DNA from: Emcibacter sp.
GTDB taxonomy: Bacteria > Pseudomonadota > Alphaproteobacteria > Sphingomonadales > Emcibacteraceae
Direction: 5' to 3'
NCBI RefSeq assembly: GCF_963675455.1
Contig: NZ_OY776217.1
Location: forward strand, 2,969,187 to 3,033,186
Length of the DNA stretch: 64,000 bases
The position numbers and the translations under genes were made by a program. Below are positions 9,719-18,888 of this stretch, one piece after another. The notes under the pieces were generated by a model. It saw only the letters and a list, made by a program, of their open reading frames with translations, was not told where the DNA came from and ran no database searches. The first letter of the stretch is position 1; the number at the start of each line of letters is the position of its first letter.

Positions 9719-9745
9719 GGGGATGAAGGCCGTATTTTAGTTTTT

Positions 9746-10447
9746 TTACTCGCCTAATTTAAGAGCACTTATCATTCGATCTCCACCTAAAAGATCAATT
9801 AGTAACTCTCTATGACTTATAATTAACCCACACATAAGTGCTATGCCATATGCAAATTTGTATTTGGGCTCAACCAAATCATATATTTTTGTTAAATTTT
9901 TATCACTTTGAATGTACGCTATTGCCTCCCCTTGATTTGCAAATTTACCTTTTGACAAATCAAAAGGATGAACTGGTCTGCCGCTTTTCATCAATTCATC
10001 TATCATCATTTCTCTAACAAATTGTAATGCCAACTGAGACAATCCGCTATTAATATTCTCTCCTAGTTGGTCATAGATATATTCAATATCTTGCTTATTC
10101 TCTTCTAGAGAAAATGATGAAGGAGCGTGAGCTAATCTATTTCTTATTTTCCTTAAAGTATGCACTGCTTCAATTAAATAAATTGGGAGTAATCTACAAA
10201 CCAATGCAGTATTCAATTTTGAAGATAGCGTTCCTGCGAACCCATTATAATCTAATATTTCTTTCTTCTTCTTCCGACCTATATTTTGCGGAACTAACTT
10301 ATCAAACAATTGGTATAATTGCTCATCAATCACTGAAAGACCAACAAGTACCGCCCCCCTGTCAGATTCATTAATGAGAATTGGCAAAGTTTCTTCGACT
10401 ATTGTCTGCACTTCAGGGTGAGATATAATGTGGTCGAGGTCTGGCAT
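9746..10447 (-). CDS. hypothetical protein with HEPN-like Rx4H motif, encoded in a strongly AT-rich segment
   Basis: 233-aa ORF. RNRLAH (codons 102-107, nt 10127-10144) fits Rx4-6H, and there is an N-terminal NESDRGAVLVG motif. Two 60-nt lines hand-counted at 33% G+C versus 55% in the adjacent marR. Confidence 0.6.
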   Translation of the reverse strand: MPDLDHIISHPEVQTIVEETLPILINESDRGAVLVGLSVIDEQLYQLFDKLVPQNIGRKKKKEILDYNGFAGTLSSKLNTALVCRLLPIYLIEAVHTLRKIRNRLAHAPSSFSLEENKQDIEYIYDQLGENINSGLSQLALQFVREMMIDELMKSGRPVHPFDLSKGKFANQGEAIAYIQSDKNLTKIYDLVEPKYKFAYGIALMCGLIISHRELLIDLLGGDRMISALKLGE

Positions 10448-10500
10448 ATTTAAAGCTTCTCATCTTTGCAATTAATGATAATTCTATTGCCTTAAAAATT

Positions 10501-11022
10501 CTACTTATCAATTTCAGTGCTACCCGAACTTCCTTCCCTGCCCTCAAACCCGCTCAGAAAAACTTTCAACAATTCATTCAATTCCACCCGCTCTTTTTCC
10601 GACAATCCTGCCACCAGTTCCTGCTGGGTGATCACATGATCCTGCAGCACCTTGTCAATCAGCGCCCCACCCTTTTCGGTCAGTGAAATCAGGAAACTGC
10701 GCTTGTCCTCTTCACTCCGGATCCGTTCTACCAGCCCCTCTTTCGCCAGTTGGTCGATGCGGTTGGTCATGGTGCCGGAGGTGACCATGGTCGCCGCCAT
10801 CAGGTCGCCGGGCGACAGCGCATAGGGCTTGCCGGACCGGCGTAACGTCGCCAGCACATCAAAGCCCGACGCGGTAAGTCCATGAGCGGCATAGTTTTTT
10901 TCCATACCGCGGCTGAGGTGCTGAGAAATCCGTTTCACCCGGCCAATCAGTTCCATCGGGCCCACATCCAGGTCCGGACGCTCCCGTTTCCATTGTTCAA
11001 TGATTTTGTCGACGTGATCCAT
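10501..11022 (-). CDS. MarR family transcriptional regulator (PecS-like position, divergent from an EamA exporter)
   Basis: 173 aa with a winged-helix core (FDVLATLRRSGKPYALSPGDLMAATMVTSGTMTNRIDQLAKEGLVER). Confidence 0.9.
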   Translation of the reverse strand: MDHVDKIIEQWKRERPDLDVGPMELIGRVKRISQHLSRGMEKNYAAHGLTASGFDVLATLRRSGKPYALSPGDLMAATMVTSGTMTNRIDQLAKEGLVERIRSEEDKRSFLISLTEKGGALIDKVLQDHVITQQELVAGLSEKERVELNELLKVFLSGFEGREGSSGSTEIDK

Positions 11023-11044
11023 AGGAGGACTATTTCAAAATAAT

Positions 11045-11086
11045 ATCTTGACGTCAAGATTTTTATATTTATCTTGAGGTCAAGAT
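11045..11086. promoter_or_regulatory. two 16-bp palindromic operator candidates in the marR / eamA divergent promoter region
   Basis: ATCTTGACGTCAAGAT (11045-11060) is a perfect palindrome. ATCTTGAGGTCAAGAT (11071-11086) has one central mismatch. They are 10 bp apart, inside the 82-bp intergenic region. Confidence 0.6.
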
Positions 11087-11104
11087 ATTTATACGGAGAT
11101 CAAC

Positions 11105-11995
11105 ATGACCCGACCCATCGACACCCTGCTCACCGCACTGGCCCCGGCCATCTGGGGAAGCACGTTTCTGGTGACCACGGAATATCTGCCGGACGGCTAT
11201 CCGGTGACGGTATCGCTGCTGCGCGCCCTGCCCGCCGGCCTCTTGTTGCTGTTGCTGGTCAGGAAACTGCCGCCCCGGGACTGGCTGGGGCGCCTTTTTA
11301 TACTCGGCGGGCTCAATTACACCCTGTTCTGGATTGCTTTATTCATCGGCGCCTACCGGCTGCCGGGCGGGGTCGCCGCCACCATCGGATCCGTGCAGCC
11401 GCTGATGGTGATTTTTCTCGCCAGCCTGCTGCTCGGCCACCGGATCGCCCCGCTGGCCGTACTGGCCGCCCTTTCCGGGCTTGGCGGTGTGGCGCTGTTG
11501 TTGCTTGGCCCGGAAGCGCGTCTCGATCCAGTCGGTATTGCCGCGTCGCTCACCAGTGCCGCCGCCATGGCGTCGGGCACAGTCTTAAGCCGCAAGTGGC
11601 AGCCGCCGGTCAGCATGCTGACCTTCACCGCCTGGCAGCTCACTGCCGGGGGTCTGCTGCTGATCCCGGCAGCGCTGATCCTGGAGCCGCCGCTGCCTGC
11701 GCTCACAGCGGAAAATATACTCGGCCTTGCTTACCTCGGCCTGATCGGTGCAGCGCTGACCTGCTTTCTGTGGCTGCGCGGCATCTCCCGTATGGAACCC
11801 TCGGCGGTCTCTGCGCTGGCGTTCCTGAGCCCGGTGACGGCAACCCTGCTGGGCTGGGCCATTCTCGATCAGTCCCTGACGCCACTACAGCTTACCGGCG
11901 TCCTGATTATTCTTGCCAGCGTCTGGTTCAGCCAGCATCTGGCTTCCCGACCCTCAACCCCAAAAACCCAAACTGTGAAAGGAATAACAACATGA
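11105..11995 (+). CDS. EamA/DMT family transporter (PecM-like)
   Basis: 296 aa, about 10 TM segments. The N-terminus LLTALAPAIWGSTFLVTTEYLP is typical of PecM-type EamA proteins. Confidence 0.88.
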   Translation: MTRPIDTLLTALAPAIWGSTFLVTTEYLPDGYPVTVSLLRALPAGLLLLLLVRKLPPRDWLGRLFILGGLNYTLFWIALFIGAYRLPGGVAATIGSVQPLMVIFLASLLLGHRIAPLAVLAALSGLGGVALLLLGPEARLDPVGIAASLTSAAAMASGTVLSRKWQPPVSMLTFTAWQLTAGGLLLIPAALILEPPLPALTAENILGLAYLGLIGAALTCFLWLRGISRMEPSAVSALAFLSPVTATLLGWAILDQSLTPLQLTGVLIILASVWFSQHLASRPSTPKTQTVKGITT

Positions 11996-12633
11996 AAATT
12001 ACCATCTTCGGCGCCGGCGGCGATGTGGGCAGCCGGCTTGTAAGCGAAACCCTCACCCGCGGCCATGACGTGACCGCCGTGCTCAGGACACCGGCTTCGA
12101 TCGGAAAAATCCCCCAGGGCGCAAATGTCAGTATTGCGGATGTGGCGGACACGGAACAGATTGCCCGCCTCGTCAAGAGCCAGGACCTGGTGATCAGCGC
12201 CGTGCGCCCGCCCGAGGGTCAGGAAAAGGACATGGTCGGCCTGACCGCCTCCGTCCTCAAGGCCTGCAGCACGGCCGGTGTGCGGGTGCTGGTGGTCGGC
12301 GGGGCGGCAAGCCTGAAACTTTCCGACCGCCCGGGCTATACGGTCCTGACCGCGCCAGGTTTCCTGCCCGATGAATATAAACCGATTGCGCTGGCCAGCC
12401 AGGCCCAGTTCGAACTCTGTATGGCCGACAGTGATGTGGATGTGACCTATATGTGCCCGCCAGCCATGCTTGAACCCGGTGAACGGCTCGGCCACTACAG
12501 GACCGGCGGAGATACCCTGCTGACAAATGAGGACGGCGACTCACGCATCAGCATGGAGGATTTCGCCGTCGCCTTGCTTGATGAAGCCGAACGGCCCAGA
12601 CATAAAGGCGGGCGTTTTACCGTTGCCTACTGA
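11992..12633 (+). CDS. NAD(P)H-binding protein (atypical SDR / NmrA-like)
   Basis: It is the in-frame 3' part of track ORF 11074..12633. The start MKITIFGAGGDVGSRLV at 11992 overlaps the eamA stop (ATGA). Confidence 0.85.
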   Translation: MKITIFGAGGDVGSRLVSETLTRGHDVTAVLRTPASIGKIPQGANVSIADVADTEQIARLVKSQDLVISAVRPPEGQEKDMVGLTASVLKACSTAGVRVLVVGGAASLKLSDRPGYTVLTAPGFLPDEYKPIALASQAQFELCMADSDVDVTYMCPPAMLEPGERLGHYRTGGDTLLTNEDGDSRISMEDFAVALLDEAERPRHKGGRFTVAY

Positions 12634-12643
12634 AGCCTCTGAA

Positions 12644-13225
12644 TTATCCGGTAATGGAGTCCCGCAGGGCGGCGACAACCTGGGTGACCTGGTCCGTATC
12701 GCCGGTCGCCCGCTTGACAATCAGCGCCCCCTGCAGGGCATCGAGGATCAGTTTCGCCTTGATGGCGGGATCACCTTTGAAGGCAAAGTCGCCGCTCTCC
12801 ACTCCGCGCCGCAAAATCCCCTCGAGCCAGATAATATGCTCCCTGAAAAAACGGGCCACTTCGGCCCGGACATTTTCCGGCAGGGCCATAAATTCACCGG
12901 CCAGCGCCCCGCACAGGCAGATCTTGTCGGGGGTCCCGCCAAATTCCAGATAAGGCGTGCAATAGAGGTCAAAGGCATCGATGGCAGTTTTATCCGGGGC
13001 CTCCGCCACCTTTTCCAGCACCGCGGCAAAGACCTCCCGGTAGCGCCTGACCACGGCCTGCCCCAGGGCTTCTTTGTTGGGAAAATGATGGATAATGCTT
13101 GGCTTGCGAATACCGACGCGTTCGGCAATGTGGTTAAAGCTGATGGCGTTATAGCCGCAGCTCTGGATCAGCTCCTGGGCCACATCCATGATTTTCACTG
13201 CCGTATCTGTCCTGCCTTTAGTCAT
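12644..13225 (-). CDS. TetR/AcrR family transcriptional regulator
   Basis: 193 aa with the N-terminal HTH AQELIQSCGYNAISFNHIAERVGIRKPSIIHHFPNKEAL. Confidence 0.92.
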   Translation of the reverse strand: MTKGRTDTAVKIMDVAQELIQSCGYNAISFNHIAERVGIRKPSIIHHFPNKEALGQAVVRRYREVFAAVLEKVAEAPDKTAIDAFDLYCTPYLEFGGTPDKICLCGALAGEFMALPENVRAEVARFFREHIIWLEGILRRGVESGDFAFKGDPAIKAKLILDALQGALIVKRATGDTDQVTQVVAALRDSITG

Positions 13226-13345
13226 ACCATCCTTCGCTCAGCCAGCCTTTGGGGAGGAGTTGCCATGTCCGTCTCCTGCTGTCAAGTTCGACAGGCCGGA
13301 AAACCGGAATACAGGTTAACTCCTCCTTATTTTTTGGCGGCGTCG

Positions 13346-13744
13346 TTACATCAGGCCCAGCGCCGTCAGGGCGAAGACCAGCTGGCAGACAAAACCGACC
13401 GCAAAGGCCAGTGTCCGCAGCGCCGGAATGCCCAGGCTATAGACGATGAAGTGCGCCAGCCGGGTATAGAAATAGATCATGGCCGCAGACGCCGTCAGCG
13501 CCGTCGCCAGTCCGGCAAGATGCACAACAAGCACCAGCGGCGCAAAAATCACCAGATTTTCCACGGCATTTTTATGCGCCTTCATCATTCTTTGTGCCCA
13601 CGGCGCCTGCGCGGCAGTATTGGCATCGCCCTGGAAAACGGCCTGTCCGAGCCCCTGCTCCTTCAGCCGGTTCAGGATATAGGGCAGCCAGAAAAGCCCC
13701 GTCATCAGGGCTGTCAGAGTCAGCCAGTAAAGTTCCTCAGTCAT
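13346..13744 (-). CDS. MAPEG family membrane protein
   Basis: 132 aa, 4 hydrophobic helices. The RAHKNAVENLVIFAPLV-type motif (here KAHKNAVENLVIFAPLV) is characteristic of bacterial MAPEG proteins. Confidence 0.78.
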   Translation of the reverse strand: MTEELYWLTLTALMTGLFWLPYILNRLKEQGLGQAVFQGDANTAAQAPWAQRMMKAHKNAVENLVIFAPLVLVVHLAGLATALTASAAMIYFYTRLAHFIVYSLGIPALRTLAFAVGFVCQLVFALTALGLM

Positions 13745-13779
13745 TTGTCCTCTCCTTTTTGGTTTAAAGCAAAGAAAGA

Positions 13780-13797
13780 CTACCTATCGTTAGGTAG
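13780..13797. promoter_or_regulatory. inverted repeat upstream of the MAPEG-TetR gene pair (candidate TetR operator)
   Basis: CTACCTA-tcgt-TAGGTAG has 7-bp perfect arms and lies 36-53 bp upstream of the MAPEG start codon. Confidence 0.4.
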
Positions 13798-13932
13798 CTA
13801 TGTCAAGTTTAAAAAATGCCGAATGGTTGCCCGGTGATAAAAATTTTTGATTTTCTTTGTAGATATAACTGACCAACCCTATATTTATATAACCGCTCTT
13901 CGAGCAGGGATTCACTAGACAAAGGCTGATAA

Positions 13933-14166
13933 ATGACACACGTTAACCACACATTGATTGAAGAATTTCCGGAATATAAAGAAAAGCTGCATGAGTTGAA
14001 GCTGAACGACTCTCATTTTGTCGGGCTGCATGATAAATATGACGAAGTGAATGAGGCGATCAACAAGGCTGAAGCCCAGATCGAGAATATCTCTGACGAG
14101 GCCCTGGAAGATATGAAAAAAGAGCGGCTGGCCCTGAAAGACCAGATCCACGCCCTGCTGAAATAA
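13933..14166 (+). CDS. YdcH / DUF465 family protein
   Basis: 77 aa. FPEYKEKLHELKLNDSHFVGLHDKYDEVNEAI...KKERLALKDQI parallels E. coli YdcH. Confidence 0.78.
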   Translation: MTHVNHTLIEEFPEYKEKLHELKLNDSHFVGLHDKYDEVNEAINKAEAQIENISDEALEDMKKERLALKDQIHALLK

Positions 14167-14186
14167 GCCAGATCAATTTTCAACAT

Positions 14187-14222
14187 AAAAAAACCCGCTG
14201 ACTTCTCGGTCAGCGGGTTTTT
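14187..14222. terminator. bidirectional rho-independent terminator between convergent genes
   Basis: An A-run is followed by stem cccgctgac (14194-14202) / gtcagcggg (14209-14217), then a T-run. Confidence 0.8.
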
Positions 14223-14250
14223 ATTGGTTAAAAAATCCGGATCTGAGCTT

Positions 14251-15600
14251 TTATCCCTTACCCAGGCATTCTTTGACGGCGCGAAGGCTTTTCTCCACAT
14301 CCTCATCTGTCGTCGCCCAGGAAGAAACACTGAAACGAAAGGCGACTCTCCCCTTCCAGCGCGTTGGTCCCAGCCATAAAACACCGCTGTTCTGGATGCA
14401 CTCCATTAAAGCTGTCGTTTGCGCTTCATCGCCATAGGTCACAGCGACCTGATTAAGACAGACCTCATTCAGAACTTCACACCCCATTTCTTCCAATCCC
14501 TCCGCAAAACGGGTCGCGTGGCGACAACAGCGGTCAATCATCTCTGCCACACCACGATGTCCTAAAAATTTAAGCGCCGCCCAGACATCGACGCCCCGTG
14601 CGCGACGGCTCAACTCTGGTGTATAGTGATGAGGATCCCTCGCACCATCTTCCACCAGATAGGTAGCGGTGGCGCCGAAAACCTTCCGCATCATCGTACT
14701 GTCACGGCAGACATAGACGGCTGAATCATAGGGTACATTCAACCATTTATGACAGTCAAAGCTCCAGGAGTCGGCTTGTTCCATACCTTTTGCCAGATAT
14801 TTCTTTTCTTCTGAAGCCCGCGCCCATGCCCCAAAGGCCCCATCCACATGCACCCAGGCGCCTGCCTTGTGGGCAAGGTCACACACTTCTTCAAAGGGAT
14901 CACATGCCCCGGAATTAATATTACCCGCCTGCAGAATAACGATGGTCATATCATCAAGCGGCGGCATCTGTGACGGGATTACTCTGCCCTGATCGTCACA
15001 GGGAATTGTTTCAATCTGGTCGTCGCCAAAGCCTAAATAGTTCAATGCCTTGATATTCATGGGATGAATTTCTTCACTCATGACAATACGGATTTCGGGC
15101 GCGCCGAAAAGCCCCTTTTTGAGCAGGTCGTATCCTGATCTTTCCAATAATGTCAGACGCGCAACCGCCAATGCGGAAAAGGCCCCCATGGTTGCCCCGG
15201 TCACAAAACCAACTCCCGCATCACGGGGCAAATCAATAATGTCGAGAATCCAGCCAGCAGCAACATCTTCCAGCTTCCCCGAAATGGGCGACAAGATGTT
15301 CGGCGCGGCATTTTGATCCCATGTGGTACTCAGCCAGTTGCTAGCCACCGTCACAGGCAAGGCACCGCCCTGTACAAAGCCGTAAAAGCGCCTCCCCGTC
15401 GTCGCCACGGAGGCTGGCGATCCATACGTATGAAGCTTGCGCAGAACCTCTAACGGATCACTTGGTTCAACGGGTAATTTTTCTTCAAAGATTGTTAAAT
15501 CAGCCAATGCTTCGTGAGTAGGCATCACATCCCGGTCGTCAATATTTTCGCGATATTCACGCGCCGCATCGGCAACATAGTCAAAAAGAAAATTTGTCAT
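14251..15600 (-). CDS. pyridoxal-dependent (group II) amino-acid decarboxylase family protein
   Basis: 449 aa. It has the fold-type I pattern with HVDGAFG and the lysine motif SFDCHKWLNVPYD. Confidence 0.85.
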   Translation of the reverse strand: MTNFLFDYVADAAREYRENIDDRDVMPTHEALADLTIFEEKLPVEPSDPLEVLRKLHTYGSPASVATTGRRFYGFVQGGALPVTVASNWLSTTWDQNAAPNILSPISGKLEDVAAGWILDIIDLPRDAGVGFVTGATMGAFSALAVARLTLLERSGYDLLKKGLFGAPEIRIVMSEEIHPMNIKALNYLGFGDDQIETIPCDDQGRVIPSQMPPLDDMTIVILQAGNINSGACDPFEEVCDLAHKAGAWVHVDGAFGAWARASEEKKYLAKGMEQADSWSFDCHKWLNVPYDSAVYVCRDSTMMRKVFGATATYLVEDGARDPHHYTPELSRRARGVDVWAALKFLGHRGVAEMIDRCCRHATRFAEGLEEMGCEVLNEVCLNQVAVTYGDEAQTTALMECIQNSGVLWLGPTRWKGRVAFRFSVSSWATTDEDVEKSLRAVKECLGKG

Positions 15601-15678
15601 TGCTTAAATTCCGTCCCGTAAGAAGGTGTTGTCATACTAAACAACTACCATATCTCGAGGATAAAAAAGATATCTAAG

Positions 15679-15715
15679 AAAAAACCCGCCGGCCTCTCGG
15701 TCAGCGGGTTTTTCT
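15679..15715. terminator. hairpin terminator downstream of tRNA-Pro, near-identical to the one at 14187-14222
   Basis: aaaaaacccgccggcctctcggtcagcgggttttt has A- and T-runs on both sides and lies immediately 3' of the minus-strand tRNA. Confidence 0.7.
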
Positions 15716-15717
15716 TT

Positions 15718-15794
<77 letters not shown>

Positions 15795-15871
15795 GTCTTT
15801 AAATATCTGGTATAAACCCGGGCGGTTCGAGGTGAATCACCCGGAAGTGGGCGCACTATAGCGCCGGTTTT

Positions 15872-16324
15872 TCAGGAGAGCAACTCACCTTTGAGCTTTT
15901 TTCGCACATTTTGCAGACGGTCTCGGATTTCGGTCAGGGCCTCCTGGCGGGATGACATCTCGACCGTGGTTTCCTCTGCCGCCTGCTCTGCACCGGAAAC
16001 CGCTTCCTCAGTTTCCTCCGCCGCCTCGTCCCCGTCATTGGCATATTGCTGGATAATCGATTTCACACCCTGTTCACGCAGAAGTTTCTGGGCGCCCTTG
16101 ATGGTATAACCGTCCTCATGCAGCAGCGTGCGGATGGCCTGGATAATCTCCACATCCTCGGGACGGTAATACCGGCGGCCGCCGCCGCGTTTCATGGGTT
16201 TGATCTGGCTGAATTTACCTTCCCAGAACCGCAGCACATGCTGGGGCACCTCCATCGCGTCAGCGACCTCGCTGATGGTCCGGTATGCGTTGGGTGATTT
16301 GGCCTGACGTTTTGCCATCGGCAA
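15872..16324 (-). CDS. MerR family transcriptional regulator (conserved partner downstream of ihfA)
   Basis: 150 aa. [45 protein letters not shown] is a MerR HTH. Confidence 0.88.
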   Translation of the reverse strand: MPMAKRQAKSPNAYRTISEVADAMEVPQHVLRFWEGKFSQIKPMKRGGGRRYYRPEDVEIIQAIRTLLHEDGYTIKGAQKLLREQGVKSIIQQYANDGDEAAEETEEAVSGAEQAAEETTVEMSSRQEALTEIRDRLQNVRKKLKGELLS

Positions 16325-16407
16325 AAGTACCTTTCATTTCGGGAGGCGACAGCTCCACCTGCCGGATAATGCTACCCGGCAGCCAGTATACCCCCAGTCA
16401 TCCGGGA

Positions 16408-16710
16408 TTAACTTTTGTTCAGTCCACTCACGCGATCCTTGAGGACCTGTGACGGTCGGAAGACAAGAACGCGACGCGGTTCAATCGGCACTTCTTCACC
16501 GGTTTTCGGATTACGTCCGATCCGGCCGCCTTTATCACGCACCACAAAACTTCCAAAGGAGGAAATTTTTACGTTGTCGCCGGAAATCAGATTCTCGGCA
16601 ATCTCATCCAAAACAGTCTCCACCAGTTCGGCAGACTCGTTCCGTGACAGTCCGACTTCCTGGTATACAGCCTCGCTTAGATCAGCTCGTGTAATTGTTT
16701 TACTGCTCAT
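16408..16710 (-). CDS. ihfA: integration host factor subunit alpha
   Basis: 100 aa. [31 protein letters not shown]...[30 protein letters not shown]. Confidence 0.93.
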   Translation of the reverse strand: MSSKTITRADLSEAVYQEVGLSRNESAELVETVLDEIAENLISGDNVKISSFGSFVVRDKGGRIGRNPKTGEEVPIEPRRVLVFRPSQVLKDRVSGLNKS

Positions 16711-16852
16711 GTTTTTACCCTTTTTGTCGCCTATAGCGTACTTTAGCCAAAATAGTCCGTCAATATCAAAGGGATGTCAGACTTTCCTAAAGGACTGCAT
16801 AATTTGATATATATATACAGGAATTTAGGGTAAAGCGGTTAAAAAACGGTAA

Positions 16853-17830
16853 TTACCACCGAAGCAAACAGGCTCCCCAGGTGAATCCACCCCCCATGGC
16901 CTCGAGAATCAGCACATCCCCTCTTTCGATTCGGCCTGATTTAACTGCCTCATCCAGCGCCAATGGAATCGACGCGGCAGAGGTATTCGCATGCTTGTGC
17001 ACCGTCACAACAATCTTGTCAGGGTCGATACCCAGCTTGCGGGCAGTGCCGTCCAGAATGCGCTTGTTGGCCTGGTGCGGCACCACAAGATTGACATCGT
17101 CCGCCGTCAGACCGGTAGCTTCCAGGGATTCGCCGACAACTTCGGCCAGATTCTTGACCGCATGACGGAACACTTCCCGCCCCTTCATGCGCAGATACCC
17201 TGTGGAACGGGTGGAAGAAGGACCGCCGTCCACAAATAGAAGTTCGTTATAGCGACCGTCAGAGTGCAGATGCGTGGACAGAATACCCCGGTCCGTGTTG
17301 GCCCCGGTGCCTTCCCCGGCCGTAAGGATCACAGCCCCTGCCCCGTCACCGAACAATACACAGGTAGTGCGGTCTTCCCAGTCCAGAATGCGGGAAAAGG
17401 TTTCCGCCCCGATCACCAGGACGTTTTTCGCCTGACCGGCCTTGATGAAATTATCCGCCGTGGTCAGGGCATAGATGAAACCGGAACAAACCGCCTGCAC
17501 GTCAAAGGCGGCGCCGCGGGTCATGCCCAAAGCCGCCTGGACCCTGGTGGCGGTCGCCGGGAATGTCTGGTCGGGTGTGGCTGTCGCCAGAATAATCAGG
17601 TCAAGGTCGTCTGCTGTCAGGCCTGCATCTTCAAGCGCCCGCTCGGCCGCCTTGATGGCAAGGTCAGATGTCATTTCGCCTTCCGCAGCAATATGGCGCT
17701 GGCGAATGCCGGTTCTTTCGATGATCCATTCGTCACTGGTGTCGACTTTCTCCGCCAGCTCACGATTGGTAACGATATTTTCGGGAAGATAGGAACCGCA
17801 ACCTGCGACCACAGAACGGATTACACTCAT
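16853..17830 (-). CDS. fabH: beta-ketoacyl-ACP synthase III
   Basis: 325 aa with the active-site region [19 protein letters not shown] and GGGFTWGA. Confidence 0.95.
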   Translation of the reverse strand: MSVIRSVVAGCGSYLPENIVTNRELAEKVDTSDEWIIERTGIRQRHIAAEGEMTSDLAIKAAERALEDAGLTADDLDLIILATATPDQTFPATATRVQAALGMTRGAAFDVQAVCSGFIYALTTADNFIKAGQAKNVLVIGAETFSRILDWEDRTTCVLFGDGAGAVILTAGEGTGANTDRGILSTHLHSDGRYNELLFVDGGPSSTRSTGYLRMKGREVFRHAVKNLAEVVGESLEATGLTADDVNLVVPHQANKRILDGTARKLGIDPDKIVVTVHKHANTSAASIPLALDEAVKSGRIERGDVLILEAMGGGFTWGACLLRW

Positions 17831-18888
17831 GAAACTTTTTCCTCGGCGAGCACTTCTTCCTCGCCCTTGCTATGGCCTTCGAAATTTTTGAGATCTTCGG
17901 TAATTTTACCGGCCAGATCGTTGACGGCCATATCCACCGCCACGCCGATGGCGCTGGCAAAGCCGGCGGCAGAGGCACTGCCGTGGCTTTTGATCACAAG
18001 ACCATTCAAGCCCATAAATACGGCACCATTATGGTTGTTGGGATCAAGATGGTCCTTCAGGCCCTGCAGGGCAGACCTGGCAAACAGATACCCTATTTTG
18101 GACAGAATGGAGTTTTTCAGGGCGGCGGACAGCAGTCCGGAAATCATCTTGGCCGTCCCTTCAGCCATTTTCAGCGCCACATTGCCGGTAAAGCCATCGG
18201 TGACAATCACATCCACATCGCCATTGGCGAGTCCGTGACCTTCAGAAAAGCCCACATATTTGATGGGCAGGTCTGTTTCCCTGAGTATGCGATCGGCATT
18301 TTTGATGACTTCGTTGCCCTTGAGTTCCTCAACGCCCACATTCAGCAGGGCAACAGACGGTTTACTCAAGCCCAACACGGTACGGGCAAAGGCCGCGCCC
18401 ATGATGGCGAACTGCACCAGGTTGTTTTCATCGCATTCCACATTGGCGCCCAGGTCCAGCATAATGCTTTCCCCCTTGGAGGTCGGCAGCAATGAGCCAA
18501 GGGCCGGCCGGTCGATCCCCGGCATGGTGCGCAGCATGAATTTCGCCATGGCCATCAGGGCCCCGGTATTGCCGGCTGACACCGCTGCACAGGATTCACC
18601 CTGGCGAACAGATTCAATGGCAAGTCCCATGGTCGAATCACGGCCACGCCTGAGGGCCTGACTCGGCTTTTCCTCGGCGGATACTACTTTTTCGGTATGA
18701 CGAATTTCGCAGTTGTCCTTAAGAAGCGGAAATTTTGTGACCAGCGGCACGACTTCCGTCTCGTCGCCAAAAAGAATAAATTTGACGTTGGGATAACGTT
18801 CCCGGGCAATAGCTGCCCCTTCCACCACGATTTCCGGCGCATCATCGCCGCCCATCGCGTCAAGAGATATGATCAGTTCCCGTTTCAA
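17827..18888 (-). CDS. plsX: phosphate acyltransferase PlsX
   Basis: 353 aa. [23 protein letters not shown]. There is a 4-nt overlap with fabH. Confidence 0.95.
   Translation of the reverse strand: MKRELIISLDAMGGDDAPEIVVEGAAIARERYPNVKFILFGDETEVVPLVTKFPLLKDNCEIRHTEKVVSAEEKPSQALRRGRDSTMGLAIESVRQGESCAAVSAGNTGALMAMAKFMLRTMPGIDRPALGSLLPTSKGESIMLDLGANVECDENNLVQFAIMGAAFARTVLGLSKPSVALLNVGVEELKGNEVIKNADRILRETDLPIKYVGFSEGHGLANGDVDVIVTDGFTGNVALKMAEGTAKMISGLLSAALKNSILSKIGYLFARSALQGLKDHLDPNNHNGAVFMGLNGLVIKSHGSASAAGFASAIGVAVDMAVNDLAGKITEDLKNFEGHSKGEEEVLAEEKVS

Noticed and set aside
11074-12633. 519-aa ORF spanning the eamA gene and the NAD(P)H-binding gene.
   Set aside because: The first ~300 codons are an out-of-frame reading of eamA (Pro/Arg/Ala-rich). 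Only the part from ATG 11992 has homology (MKITIFGAGGDVG). I split it accordingly.
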